From: Eukaryota sp. TZLM1-RC
Lineage: Eukaryota; Protista; Metamonada: BaSk clade
Reading direction: 5' to 3'
DNA length: 64,000 nucleotides
Assembly (NCBI GenBank): GCA_040285825.1
Contig: JAUPSS010000004.1
Coordinates: forward strand, 4,307,784 to 4,371,783
The number at the start of each line of letters is the position of its first letter. The first letter of the stretch is position 1. The notes beneath the pieces were generated by a model that did not search any database, was not told the DNA's origin, and saw only the letters and a program-made list of their open reading frames with translations. The translations under genes and the position numbers were made by a program. Positions 10,883 through 22,614 of the stretch are shown here, in pieces.

Positions 10883-13800
10883 ATACGTATTGGGTCGTCC
10901 CCGGCTCAACGTAGGATCCTTGAGGAAGAGACTGGTCCCTCTTCCTCACCACTAACCACAGACCCTGCTTCCATGCCCCCTTCTTCGGTTGAAGCTTCTG
11001 CGCTTCCTGAAGCAACTCTCCCTGAGGGTTCCATCCCAAAGGAAGACAGTTCCCTTCCAGAGGATTCCGTTCCCATGGAAGGAAGCTCTCCTCTTCAGGA
11101 TTCCGTTCCTGTGGAAGGAGACAACCATCCCAAGGATTCTGTTTCTTCGGAAGGAAGAAGTCCTTCATTGGTCTCCTACGACGACGAGGACGCAGAGGAT
11201 TCTGTTGCTCCTCTCCCTCCTTCGCAGTTGAGGGTCTCTGAAGTCCCACCTTCTCCCCTCCATGAAAGAAGTTCTGAAGTACCACCTTCACCTTCTACTC
11301 AGAACAGAGAGACTGTACAACTTTCTCTCACGTCAAAGGAAGGATTTGAAGATCAACCTTCTTCCTCCTCTACAGAGGCCATTGAAGTACCATCTTCATC
11401 CCTTTCATCCAGTTCTGAGGTTCCACCCTCTCATCCTCAACAGCTTCTCCCTCCAGTTCCAACTGTTAGGAGGAATATTCAAAATCCTGCTGTTCCAACT
11501 TCAGGATCTCCTCTAACTTCAACAGTTAGTGGAGTTAACAATCTGTCTGTTTCCCCTCATTAGGCTAGTGATTCCATTCCTAGCACTTCGGACCTTCCTT
11601 CGTATCTTTCTGAAGAGCAAAGGAAAAGGTACGAACAAATCTTTTCAGATTTGGTAGAGTACGAGGAACCTCCCAAGGAATTCTCCCCTCTACCTCAACA
11701 TCAGGTCCCTTCCACGGCACCTGCATCTGAAATTGACAGAATTCCTGGTGAGGTCTCTAAAGAATATGTAGAGCGTTTTCTTCAAGAAGAACGAAACTGG
11801 GAACACAGAAAAAGACTGGATAGAGAGATTGAAGCTAGAAGAGGAACATCCTCTACACAGGCTCAACCTACCCCTTCTCAAACTAGCTCCTACGCTTGCT
11901 CGAGTGTTCATCATGGTGCTTCCCGTCAGCACAATCCTTATGCTAGATATAGGGATACACAAGTAATTCCAGAGGATCCAGAAGCCATCCCTCCCACGGA
12001 GATGAGCAACAAACGTCCTCCTTTCTACGGTTCCAAAGTCGAGAACGACTTAGGATTATGGATCTCTCCCAGAATAGGTCCATTTCTTAACGACGAAAGG
12101 ATCACTCCTGAAACCTCCAGGAATGACCCAGAACCAACTTACGACCCAAGACCCGGAGTTAGGTTCATGAGAACTACTCGGGAAGGAGTATTTAGACGCT
12201 TCGCTGGAGATGAAGACAACCTCTTCATAAATGTTCACAACCCTTGCCCATACCCTAGGTTCAGTCCTGTGTACAACGCATCTCTCGATATCCTTATCGA
12301 CAGAGATTATAGAACAGGGTGGTGGTTTACCGAAACCACATATGGTGAAAGACTCTTTCTTTACGACAGACGTCCTGACCATATAGCTTCATATTGTGGT
12401 CCTGACCACAGAAGATCAGGTAATCTTCAAAGAACCCTCCAGCTCGTCACCGTTTTCCCTGGATGCATAGAATCCAGGATGTTAAAGTGGGTAATGGTAG
12501 AAGGTCGTATAGAGAAAACACGTTTGGTTCAACCAGCGATCTCTTCTTATCAGGTTCCAGCCCAGATTGAAGAGACAGTACCTTCTCCTGAACCTCATCA
12601 ACGCGAAGTTCCACCTACCGCAGATCAACCTATGGAAACTTCTACAGAACCCTCGCATAATCCGCCCACGGAACAAACTGAAGAGGATGTTGTAGTAGAA
12701 GTCAGCGATGAGTCCCCAACTCCAGACTCAATTCCAACTGTGCTAGCACCAATGGAACAAACTCCAGCACCTGCACAGCCTATGGAACAATCAGTGGTTC
12801 CACCCACACCTCCTTCCACTGGTTCAACAAGTTCACAACACACGGCTCAACCAACACCTTCTACGGTTAGTTCTTCACGTTCTACTTTCTCAGGTACTTA
12901 CGATAGTAACCTTCTCCTATCTTCCATGGTGGGATCAAGAGATAGAGACAACAGACGCAGAGACCGCCCCAAACGTCCAACTCTCGATGCGACTGATTTA
13001 AGAGATGTTGATAAACTCCTCAAGTTTGTTAACAAGTTTATCCTCTGGAGTCGTACGGATAGAATTGTAGACGAGGCTCGAGGCAACATCGAGGATCCTG
13101 CCCAAGTTGCTTTAGCCAGCGAAGTTGCTAGACTTCGTGAGGAACTTGAACTAGCTAGATCAGCAGAACTGGCATCTGACCAACGGTTCGACAGCGAACC
13201 AATTCATGAATGGGATCTCTTCAGATCCGCCATGCGCATTAGTGCCAGAGGTTTAGCTGAATGCGTAACACCTGAAGCTCTTAACGCTTTAAGGTATCAA
13301 GGCACTGGCCTTTCAATTTCCTCCGCCATGGTCCCAACCAGCAGAGACGAACGCAAAATTTGGGAACAGATCCTAAGGAGAACCCAATTCAGTAGACTGG
13401 ATCAAGCCCTGGACGCACTTCATGCTGTACACATGGATTGGTCTGAGAGAGATTATGGTAACAGATGGATAGACTTCATGCTTAACATAGGCAGAGTCTT
13501 AACGCGTTCCACCGCTATCCAAGACGTTCGTGGTCTGACTCAACAAATGAGACACATCACCATCCACGGAAACCCCGTCGACCGACTTCCTGAATGGGAA
13601 ATTGCTTCTCACGTCATTGAAAGCATCGGTATTACCATCATCAGGGACAGACTCCTCAGGATCTGGTCCAATCCCTCCCATTACTATTCAGATGGCCACA
13701 CCCTAGGAAAATTTTTCAGTGTTCTCCAAATAGAATACGAAAATTTCTGTAATGCTAGATCTTTTAAGGAGCAGATCAATCACGTGGACTTCTTGTATCA

Positions 13801-16800
13801 AAATAGAATCTCGTTTCAGACTGAGAACCGTCGCAGACAGACGGTACCTTCTCCCCCTGCTATCCCCAAACCAAGAGGTTCCAGCTCCGGCAGGCGCCCA
13901 AAACAACAACGACGAGAAGGAAGCTCTACTCAACCGTCTTCCACTCAGTCTGATCCCAACGTCCAATGCAATTTCTGTAAACAAATGGGTCATCCGACTG
14001 AAAGGTGCCCTAGTGAGGACTGCCGAAGAAGCAAAAAGTGGAGAGAACAACAAGCTCGGGGCAGAGGTTCTAGAGGTTCTGGTTTCCGTAGTCGAAGAGG
14101 CACTCGCGGCAGAGGCAGAGGCTCTTCATCATATAATAAACGTTCCCGTCACTATTTACGCAGTTTTGAAACCATACCCCCTACAACTACAACACATCCC
14201 CAGACAGAAAACACAACATGGAAAGATTCCCTAATCAATCTTTTGGCCAACTTGGAACATACCAAGACACACAACATTCAAGCTAATTTCTTCTCAGAAC
14301 AAGCTGAATACGATTCGGATACAATATTCATGGTACAATCCATAAAGTCCACATCCAACTGCCTTCAATTAAACTTCTCGATCAACAATGTCGAGGTTAA
14401 AGGCATAATCGACTCTGGCGCAACATGCTCAGTAGTCACGGAAGACGTCATCAGTAATTGTAACATGGCACGTTCCAACGAAACCATATTTTACAAGATT
14501 GCTAATGGAACTACCTCACAGTCCCTTGGTACTGCTTCTGGAACCCTTAGTATTAGACTAGGCTGTGTTACCCAGATTGTACATGTGAACCACAAGTTCA
14601 GCATCGTTCCTGGACATGAGACCATTCTCATTGGCGCTGACTTGCTGAGTCACCTTGGACTGATGAACAACAAGGGCATTTATATTAGAATGGACGACGC
14701 CTGTCGCACATTACTATTACCTGAAGCCGAATTCGATCATCGAATATCACAAGCTTCAGAAGTCGTCAACGATTCCACACGTTGGTTGGAACACATTAAC
14801 TCATCCAGTTGTACCATCAACCTCGACAACGACCATTTCAAGAAGTCCCTACTTTAAACTTTGAAAGAGTTCGAAGACGTATTTACCCTCAAGCCTCATG
14901 CTGAAGGTATTGATTGCCCTCCCATGGAAATCAACTTCTACAAGTCAGAGTTAGAAGACCCCCCAGGACCCTGAATCCAGCCAGGCTAGAGGTCGCTAAC
15001 CAAATTTTCGACGAACTCGTAGACTCAGGATTTGCTGTCCCATCGAACCATGAGTTCAGCTCCCCTGTCTGTCTAGTGGTCTACCCAGATCACCGTAAGC
15101 CCCGCCTTACCGGTGACTATAGTGGCAAGGACGGAGTCAACGCCAACACCATTCCTGTTGAGCCCAACCTTCCAAGGATCTCCGATGTGCTGGTATTTCT
15201 CTCCCAAGCGAACTACATAGGCACCCTTGACCACCCCAAAGCCTTTTGGCAACTCAAGATTGCTGAAAAGGATTGGCAGAAAACAGCCCTGAGCATTCCT
15301 GGCAAAAGCATCATGTTCAAACGTGCAGCTTTTGGCCTAAAGAATGTCCCAGCCGTTTTCCAAAACGTCATGGCTGACATCTTCTCTGGAGACGGTGTCT
15401 TCATTTACATAGATGACATCATAATCATAGGTTCAACCTTTGACGAATTCATTGAACGCCTCCGTCGCGTCCTTGATCAAGCCAGATGCAAAAGAGTTTC
15501 CTTGGGACTTCCAAAGTGCCATTTCGTGTCTTCCAGACACCCAATCAAGATACTGGGCAGTGTTTTCCAAAACAAACAACGGACTATCGATCCCACTCGC
15601 ATTGAATCTTTGTTGAATCTACCTAGACCAAAGACAATCAAAGACGTCCGCAGCCTCGTAGGATTAGTCAACTTCATTAGAGAATGGCTTCCTCAGGTAT
15701 CTGAGCTCATCGCTCCTATCATCAGATTGACTAAGAAGGATGGAAACAACTCCAACGTTAAACCCAAACCCCGCGCGCAACGCCTTCAATGGACCGACAT
15801 GCACGACGGACTCCTTCAAAAGATCAAACAACTGATAGCGAAGCACATGCCGCTCAGCTTACCTCCGCTGGAAAACCAAATTTTAATTAGTTGCGATGCA
15901 TCCAACATTGCTGTAGGCGGCGTCATATGGGAACAAATCGAACAAGTCGACGACCCCGGTACCCCCCTAATCAACAGGAAATGTAGGCCTATCAGCTTCT
16001 TCAGCCGGTTGTTAACCAACTCGCAAAAAAACTGGCCGACAAACCAAAAGGAACTCTATGCCATCCTGCTCATGTTAACTCAAAGTGGTTTTGAAAACTA
16101 CTTGAAAGAAAGGAAATTGGTTATATTTACAGACCATCAAAACCTTACCTACATGTTCACGGCTCCTGAGAAGAACAGAATTGTAACAAGATGGTTACCC
16201 ATATTCTCTGAATTCTGCTTTGATTTGGTACATACCAAAGGGGAAGATAACTTCTGGGCTGATATGTTGTCTCGAATAGTTCCGCCTATAGACCATCAAG
16301 AGATCAATCATTTGTCCCATCAAATATCTCCAAATTTTCATCCAATATTTTACATCGATATAATTGATGGAACAGAAAATGAAAGATACTACATCGAAGA
16401 CTTAAACAACTTCGAACGTATCATGGTCATCAGAGAACGATGTTCCAACGACCTGCCTATTTTCGAGCCATGGCTCTGTAGGATTAGGTCCGAACAGAAG
16501 CTTGCCATAGCTTCCAAAGACCCCTCTTTCAACAACTGTGTTCATAACAATCATCTTGATTTATATATGACTCAGAACAACAAGATAGTGATTCCCAAAT
16601 CACTCATTAAGGACACTCTGAACTTGTTGCATGGACTTCTGCAAGGAGGCCATCCAAGCAAAGCTGAAAGCCTGAACAAGCTCAGGAACAGCGATTATTG
16701 GTGGCCATACATGCTCACCGACATGAATAAGCACGTCCAAGAATGCCCCTCCTGTCAGAAAACAAAGCCAGTTCCCAAACTGCATGTTTCCCCAACCGGT

Positions 16801-17958
16801 TCATTGTGGGCTGACAGACCTTTTGCTCGCGTCAACGCCGACGTTATTTGTCCTCTTCCAGAAGATCAAGAAGGCTACAAATACATCCTCGTATTTATTG
16901 ACAGCTTCTCTAGGTTCACGATCATCGTGCCTTTAAAAGAGATAAATGCCAATCTTACTGCAGATGCATTAATTTGGAAAGTCTGTGCCATCTTTGGTAT
17001 TCCATTTCAAATCCACAGCGATAATGGACCCGAATTTTCCAAGGCTGTCTTTGACGAATTAAGCAAATTTTTGGGCATAGAGGTGTCAACGTCAACACCT
17101 AGGTTTTCTCAGTCCAACGGCCTGGTAGAGCGCCGACACAGAGACATCCTGCAAAACCTACGGAAATTGCTCGTAGACTTCAATGCCTACGATGTGTGGT
17201 CTGAATACTTGCCTTATGTGCAATTATTGATCAACTCTTCCAAGAGCTCAATTACCAACCACACCCCATACCAAGTGATCTTTGGCTCAGATGTGTCTCC
17301 CAGATCAGACCCTGGCAAAATTCTTGAAATCATTGAAAGCTCGACGTCTGAGTCAACTTTTATTCAAGAAATTCAATCTAAATTTCGAAGATTGAAAGAG
17401 AAACAGGAAAAGGCAGCACACCATCAAGCTTCCAAAGCTTCCAAGCTAACTAGATCGTCAACTCCAAACCCTTTTGAAGTTGGTCAATTGGTATTGAGAG
17501 CATCTGGCTCTTCCGCTAAGCTTCATGGAGACTATTTAGGACCCTTCCTAATTACTGAAATCGTATCCAATTCGTCTGTGAATATTAAGAATCTTTGCAC
17601 AGGTACGATTGTCCAAGCTAGCGTCAAACATTTAGCACCCTGGCACTCCAGCTTGCCCACCAACGATGAGTTCCACTCCTGGGTCGCTGCAGGTGATGTC
17701 GAAGAACACATCATTGAAAAAGTGCTCAGTCAGGAAGGTGACTTTTGCCAAGTGCAATGGCCAGGAAAAGAGATCACCACTGAGCATGTGTCTACAGTCC
17801 AAAATACTGCCGCGTATAAAGACTTTATCAAGACTTGAAAAGCACGTCGCCGAACTAAATCCGCTCCTCCCAAGAAGCGTAATAATTCTATTAGTTCACC
17901 TCCTGTGACTAGAGCTTCCAGGGCTCGTCGCTCGAAAGAGAGGAAAAGGCAGTGTTAG
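10850..17958 (+). pseudogene. gag-pol polyprotein, interrupted by in-frame stops (11561, 14855, 17836) and a frameshift near 14940
   Basis: CNFCKQMGHPTERC; DSGA protease; YIDD RT; DAS..ELYA..TDH RNase H; H-H-CC, D-D(SDNG)-E integrase; C-terminal IEKVLSQEGDFCQVQWPG chromo-like domain; basic tail ending at TAG inside the 3' LTR. Confidence 0.9.
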
Positions 17959-18106
17959 TCTTGAATAGTATTTATAGTTAATAGTTTAGTTATTAGTATT
18001 CCGCCTATTAGCTTAAGAAGAGAGAATACAATTCCTCTTCGTAATAAATTACACTTCTGTTACTCTACATTGTATGTCAGACAATAACCAACAGCCAAGA
18101 CCATCA
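17953..18106 (+). repeat. 3' LTR (154 bp)
   Basis: Matches 10729-10882; preceded by the PPT and followed by the TSD. Confidence 0.97.
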
Positions 18107-18434
18107 CTTGTATATCAGTGAAACGATTGAAAATACTGTCATGAACCAATGGTAAACTTACACTGGTCATGGAATATAGTCTAACTTAGATTAATTTGTG
18201 TATTCATTTTTAGGGAGTTGATACATGATTTAATCTTAGATTAAAATGTGTGTTAGACCAATTTCAGTATGCAAAAATTAGTATTAGACTATTTTCTTTT
18301 CGAGAAAATTAATCTAACCTAAATTTTATTCTACCAATCGAAACTACATGTCAACGTCATCAACTTTAATCACCTCTACAGCTTCGATAGAAGCATCTTC
18401 ATCATCTCCTACAATGAAGGATTCATTGGACATA

Positions 18435-19100
18435 TCAAATTCTTCCTGATGACGTACAACTGAAGATTTCTTGGACTTTTTCCAAACATTTTCCAATAAA
18501 TCCAAGAGTTTTACCGTTGGATTCGTTTACCACGAAATGGGTTTCATCGAAATTTTCCACACAATTTTCATCAAGGCTGCCATCATCAAAAAACCGTTGC
18601 ACCTTGCCCAAATGATAGGCAACCGTTTGTTCGATGAACTGTCTTCTTTCAGGAGAGACATCGAGTTTTCCGCTCTGAGTTCTGGAAACAATATTGTTAT
18701 ATACCATAAAACTCTGAATCCAAGAGAGGTTTATTTTTTGTTCGATTGGACTGGAATCTTCTCGTTCTTTGTAACCGTTCTTGAATTAAGAATGATGACT
18801 GTCTTCTAAAACATTTTTGGCTAGATGTTCCAGTAGTTTACTGTTAAATCCAACACCTGCTTTCCTCAACCTCGAGAACTCATCGAATAGTTCATTATAT
18901 AACCACGTGACCCAAGCAGTTCTTCTCCTTTCTCTTCCAGGAAGAGCTTTGACAGTCATTTTTTTTCTAATACCGTTTTGTACTCAAGAAATAGTCGTTG
19001 TATCCAGATCTTCACCATCAATCTTGTCTCGTTTGGACCACCAGTCCATCATTTTTGTTCTTGTTCTTGAAGAGTTGAGGAAATTGGCGATGGTTGAAAC
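18435..19100 (-). mobile_element. Degenerate Tc1/mariner-pogo (DDE_1-like) transposase remnant
   Basis: VENFDETHFVVNESNGKTLGF matches the first catalytic Asp motif (N.DET); upstream frame is broken. Confidence 0.6.
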
Positions 19101-19419
19101 CATCAAGTTTTTATCTCCATCTGTTGCGTGTTTTTTTTCGCATCCACCGGACGACATCACGTCGTTGCGGAAGCTGAGACACAGACATTATTCTCTTCTT
19201 TCCAACGTCGATGGGCAAATGAAAGTTGGGTTCTATCTCACCTTCCGAGTTGTTGAGAGATGAGACGTTGGAAGACATTCCATCAAGAAATTGAAGGGAA
19301 CGTTTTGGCTTTGATTTTGGGGATTGATTTGGAACACCTCCACAATCAGAAATAATTTAAATGAGTTGGGCTGTAGAATATGCCTGGATGACATTAGGGA
19401 CGAATAATGATCAGTCGTG

Positions 19420-19860
19420 CTACTCAGAAAATACGGGGATGTATTTAGTGGGCTACCTCACCCGGATGGAATTGATCTTCAGCCAACACCATTTCATTTT
19501 GTGACAATAATAAGATCGTCAAAAGAAAACCTCGAATATTAAACACAGAAAAACCAAAGGCGACCGAGGAAATTTTTAACGAATTAGTCCGTTATGGATT
19601 TGCAGTGCCCGCAAAGTCTCAATTCAGTAGTCCCAGCTGTCTTGTACATTTTCCTGATCACAAGAAAATCACAGTTAACTCGGGTTTTAGTGGTATAGAT
19701 GGAATAAATTATTTAACTAAACCTGTTGAGGCAAATTTGCCCGGAATTAGCGACATTTTAGAGTTTCTAAGTAAAGCTAATTATATAGCAACTCTAAATT
19801 TATTTAAGGCATTTTGGCAGCTCAAAATTGCTCAAGAGGATAGTGATAAATTTACCATAT
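19420..19860 (+). mobile_element. Ty3/Gypsy RT N-terminal fragment related to the 10729 element
   Basis: FSSPSCLVHFPDHKK...PVEANLPGISDILEFLSKANYIATLNLFKAFWQLKIA is colinear with the Pol at 15050-15270. Confidence 0.85.
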
Positions 19861-19867
19861 CAAATAC

Positions 19868-20160
19868 TCTGATGATAAAGGTGACATTTACTGTGATTGG
19901 ATTGATAACTCTGAAGTTTTGTTGATTTTGTCTCCTGTAACGTTGTAAATGACACTTTGGTTCAAAAAAGGAAACTTAATGCTGTAAAAGCTCTTGAATA
20001 TAGAGCGAATGAAAAACATAGAAAATATGACAAAGATAGCGAAGACGCTGATCCTGATAGAAACAGACCACTGGTTTTCATTGCTTTTCCATTTTCTATA
20101 AGCGGAGGACTATAAGAAAAAGCAGAAAATTGTTTGAATGATTTCCAACAATTGTTTCTA
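19868..20160 (+). mobile_element. REL fragment of the same CRE family as 2700-6003
   Basis: Nucleotide match to 5500-5780 (ctgatgata.aggtga..tttactgtgattggattgataa.tctgaag...). Confidence 0.85.
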
Positions 20161-20592
20161 GAAACAACATATCAACTGAATCATACTGGTGTCACTTTTT
20201 CATGTAAACACTAGACTAGTTTGTGATCAAATTTTGAACAAAATGAGCAAAGTTTAAACCATTTGAACTTTTTATGAAACTTAATTATAACTTTGTAAAC
20301 TTTGCAGCTCTTGGTTTGGACTTTTACGAAATTCTGGTCACAACAAGTGATTATTTTTCCATGTTGCTGTGAATCAAGATCAACTGAAGGCCAGTAGATT
20401 CTTGAAGATCTCACTGCTGCTATTCAACCAAATAGTGTGAAGTTGGATGTAGCCATTATTAAGCCCACAATTGGAGAGTGGATTGATGAAATTAAAGCAA
20501 TTCTCACATGTATTGTCAAATGAAAACATTTGACACAACAGCATTTAAAACAAAGTTTAATAAAAACAATAAATTGATAAACTATGTACAAA

Positions 20593-22614
20593 CTAATAAT
20601 CCATTAGTAAATGTCTATAATAAAGACCACCATTTCTAACAGTGAACGTAATTAATGGAGAAAGATGATGACCAGATGAACTAACTACTGGCTTTCGGTG
20701 CTGAAAGTCCACCTCAAGAAGGGAACTAACTGCATCAGGATCATCTAATACTGATGGTAAAACAGAGTAATCTTCAATAGAAGAAGCTCCTGTTGTTGAC
20801 CAATTGGAAATGACTTTACGAACACGATTAATACCATCACTGCAGTCAACAACCATGTCATTAGACCCAGGAGTCAGTGAGACCCAACTGGATGAACATG
20901 AATAAGTTTCAGAAGAATCAGGACAAGGGAACGGAAATGGAGTTAGTGTGGTAAGTGCTGAACCTACCTTGCCGGTAAACAACTTTAAGAGACATTCACT
21001 GTTGGTACGAGATTCTCCGACCCATTCTGTAGGTTCCTGATTCACTGTGACCAAACCAGAAGTGAATGAGGTTTCAACTCGAATGTCTTGAAAGTACGCA
21101 CCAACCTGATCTAAAATTAGAACGATGAGAAAGTCATACCCCAAACCTAAAGTTAACAACAGAAGGACACATACATAGAAACCATAAGTACCGTGATAGG
21201 GGTCCACTCCCCCTACATTATTATCAACCACGTCAAATCTCAGCTCTTCATCCCTGTACATCTTGATGTTGTTTCCTTCCATTACAATTTCAAATTCATA
21301 ACGTTGACCTGCATAAAATTCCGGGATAGTACCTTCAGCGAGGACATGGGCAGGAAGCTTCCCATCAACAACTTTTACCAATGCATCTTTCTCCTCCACA
21401 TGGAAATTTCCACAATCATCATGATTACTCATCATAAAAACGTAATAATGTTTATAGTCTTGCATCCCAAAGACAAATCCCACTTCCCCGTGTGCAAAAC
21501 TATTGGCACTAGTTAATAGACCCCAAGTGAATTTAATAGTGATGTCAGAGGCGACAGAGGCCAATGGATCGGGGTTATAAAGCCCCTTTGCTGGTCGAAA
21601 CCCATCATCTGGAAGGATTCTGTTATGTGAATCAAAGTAAAAGTTGAAGGAAGACTCTGCTTCCATTTCAGCATGATCAGATTGGGCTCGAGATCTACGA
21701 AGACTATGCCTCCCATTACCAATTTCCACTTGCTGCCATTCCGAAAATGTTTCATGAGAGCCTTCATCACTGTCAATATCTAAAAGAACTTCACAACAAA
21801 TCCTATCAACAGTACCAAATTCCCACTTACCTACAGGTTGTTTCACTATACCGCCTACAATGAGGTTTAGGTCACCATCATCATCAAGATCCTTTAAGGC
21901 AACTACTGTACCCACAGCATGATGAACGTAATCAAGGGCAGGGTTGGCGTGGTCATCAGATTCATCAGGTTCAGGAATGTCTATTTCATGGTAAAGAATT
22001 ACATCACCAGAATTAATAATAGAAGTGGGATTTGAACTAGCAGTGTAATCAATATCAGATTTGTGAATAGAAAACTTACAATTACCAAGGATATCAGCAT
22101 CTAGATCAAAGGTTGAATTATCACAAGTATGAGAAAAGAATGTTTCTCCACAATGCTGTCCACTGTACAATTCAGAAACAAGGGATGAACAGGAAGCTTG
22201 GGCAATGAAGAGCTCCGAGCCCAGACCTGCAGCGGAAATGGCGAACGTTGATGGACGATCATCAAAGGTATTGAATTTACGAGAATCATAATTCACAGGG
22301 GCATCGAAAGCAATTAGATCAACGTCACCAGTTTGTTTTTGGAGGTAATAGAAGGGGAAAAAGCCAAGACTTTGGAAAAAAGTTCCATGTTTATTAAAAC
22401 AGAGACACAAAAAATATGAAGCGGAGTCTGGCCGTAGAAAGGATAAAGCAATAGAATCACAATGGTTCGAATCAAAAAGAAAAACAGACGATGAAATAGA
22501 CGAGATACTAGAAGGCAAGGATGTTAAGAGTGAACGTTCTTGACTAATCAGGGCATACGTAGAATCTGTGAGACCAAATGGTAGAAACAACAGTAGTGAC
22601 AAAAGAAGTAGCAT
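20593..22614 (-). CDS. Secreted protein with a thrombospondin-C-terminal-like (L-type lectin) domain; introns 21147-21174 and 21111-21139 flank a 7-nt microexon
   Basis: Signal peptide MLLLLSLLLFLPFG. GEVGFVFGMQDYKHYYVFMM resembles TSP_C GF.FGYQ....FYVVMW. Removing two GTATG..TAG introns gives GTYGFYVWDQVGAYFQDIRV. Confidence 0.75.
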   Translation of the reverse strand: MLLLLSLLLFLPFGLTDSTYALISQERSLLTSLPSSISSISSSVFLFDSNHCDSIALSFLRPDSASYFLCLCFNKHGTFFQSLGFFPFYYLQKQTGDVDLIAFDAPVNYDSRKFNTFDDRPSTFAISAAGLGSELFIAQASCSSLVSELYSGQHCGETFFSHTCDNSTFDLDADILGNCKFSIHKSDIDYTASSNPTSIINSGDVILYHEIDIPEPDESDDHANPALDYVHHAVGTVVALKDLDDDGDLNLIVGGIVKQPVGKWEFGTVDRICCEVLLDIDSDEGSHETFSEWQQVEIGNGRHSLRRSRAQSDHAEMEAESSFNFYFDSHNRILPDDGFRPAKGLYNPDPLASVASDITIKFTWGLLTSANSFAHGEVGFVFGMQDYKHYYVFMMSNHDDCGNFHVEEKDALVKVVDGKLPAHVLAEGTIPEFYAGQRYEFEIVMEGNNIKMYRDEELRFDVVDNNVGGVDPYHGTYGFYVCVLLLLTLGLGYDFLIVLILDQVGAYFQDIRVETSFTSGLVTVNQEPTEWVGESRTNSECLLKLFTGKVGSALTTLTPFPFPCPDSSETYSCSSSWVSLTPGSNDMVVDCSDGINRVRKVISNWSTTGASSIEDYSVLPSVLDDPDAVSSLLEVDFQHRKPVVSSSGHHLSPLITFTVRNGGLYYRHLLMDY

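Larger units (their letters stand above)
10729..18106 (+). mobile_element. Full-length Ty3/Gypsy chromovirus-like LTR retrotransposon with 4-bp TSD CTTG
   Basis: 154-bp LTRs (TG...CA) differing at one base; CTTG at 10725-10728 and 18107-18110; PPT GAAAGAGAGGAAAAGGCAG; domain order Gag-CCHC, PR, RT, RNase H, IN, chromo-like. Confidence 0.97.

Noticed and set aside
14930-14960. Programmed ribosomal frameshift between the protease and RT frames
   Set aside because: No slippery heptamer is evident. The related fragment at 19430-19560 has about two more codons here, so a small deletion in an ancestrally single ORF is more likely.
10836-17908. Numerous 60-160 aa antisense and alternate-frame ORFs in the ORF track (here and over the kinase, lipase and NT-C2 genes)
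   Set aside because: They are shadow ORFs of longer genes or elements, with no recognisable motifs.
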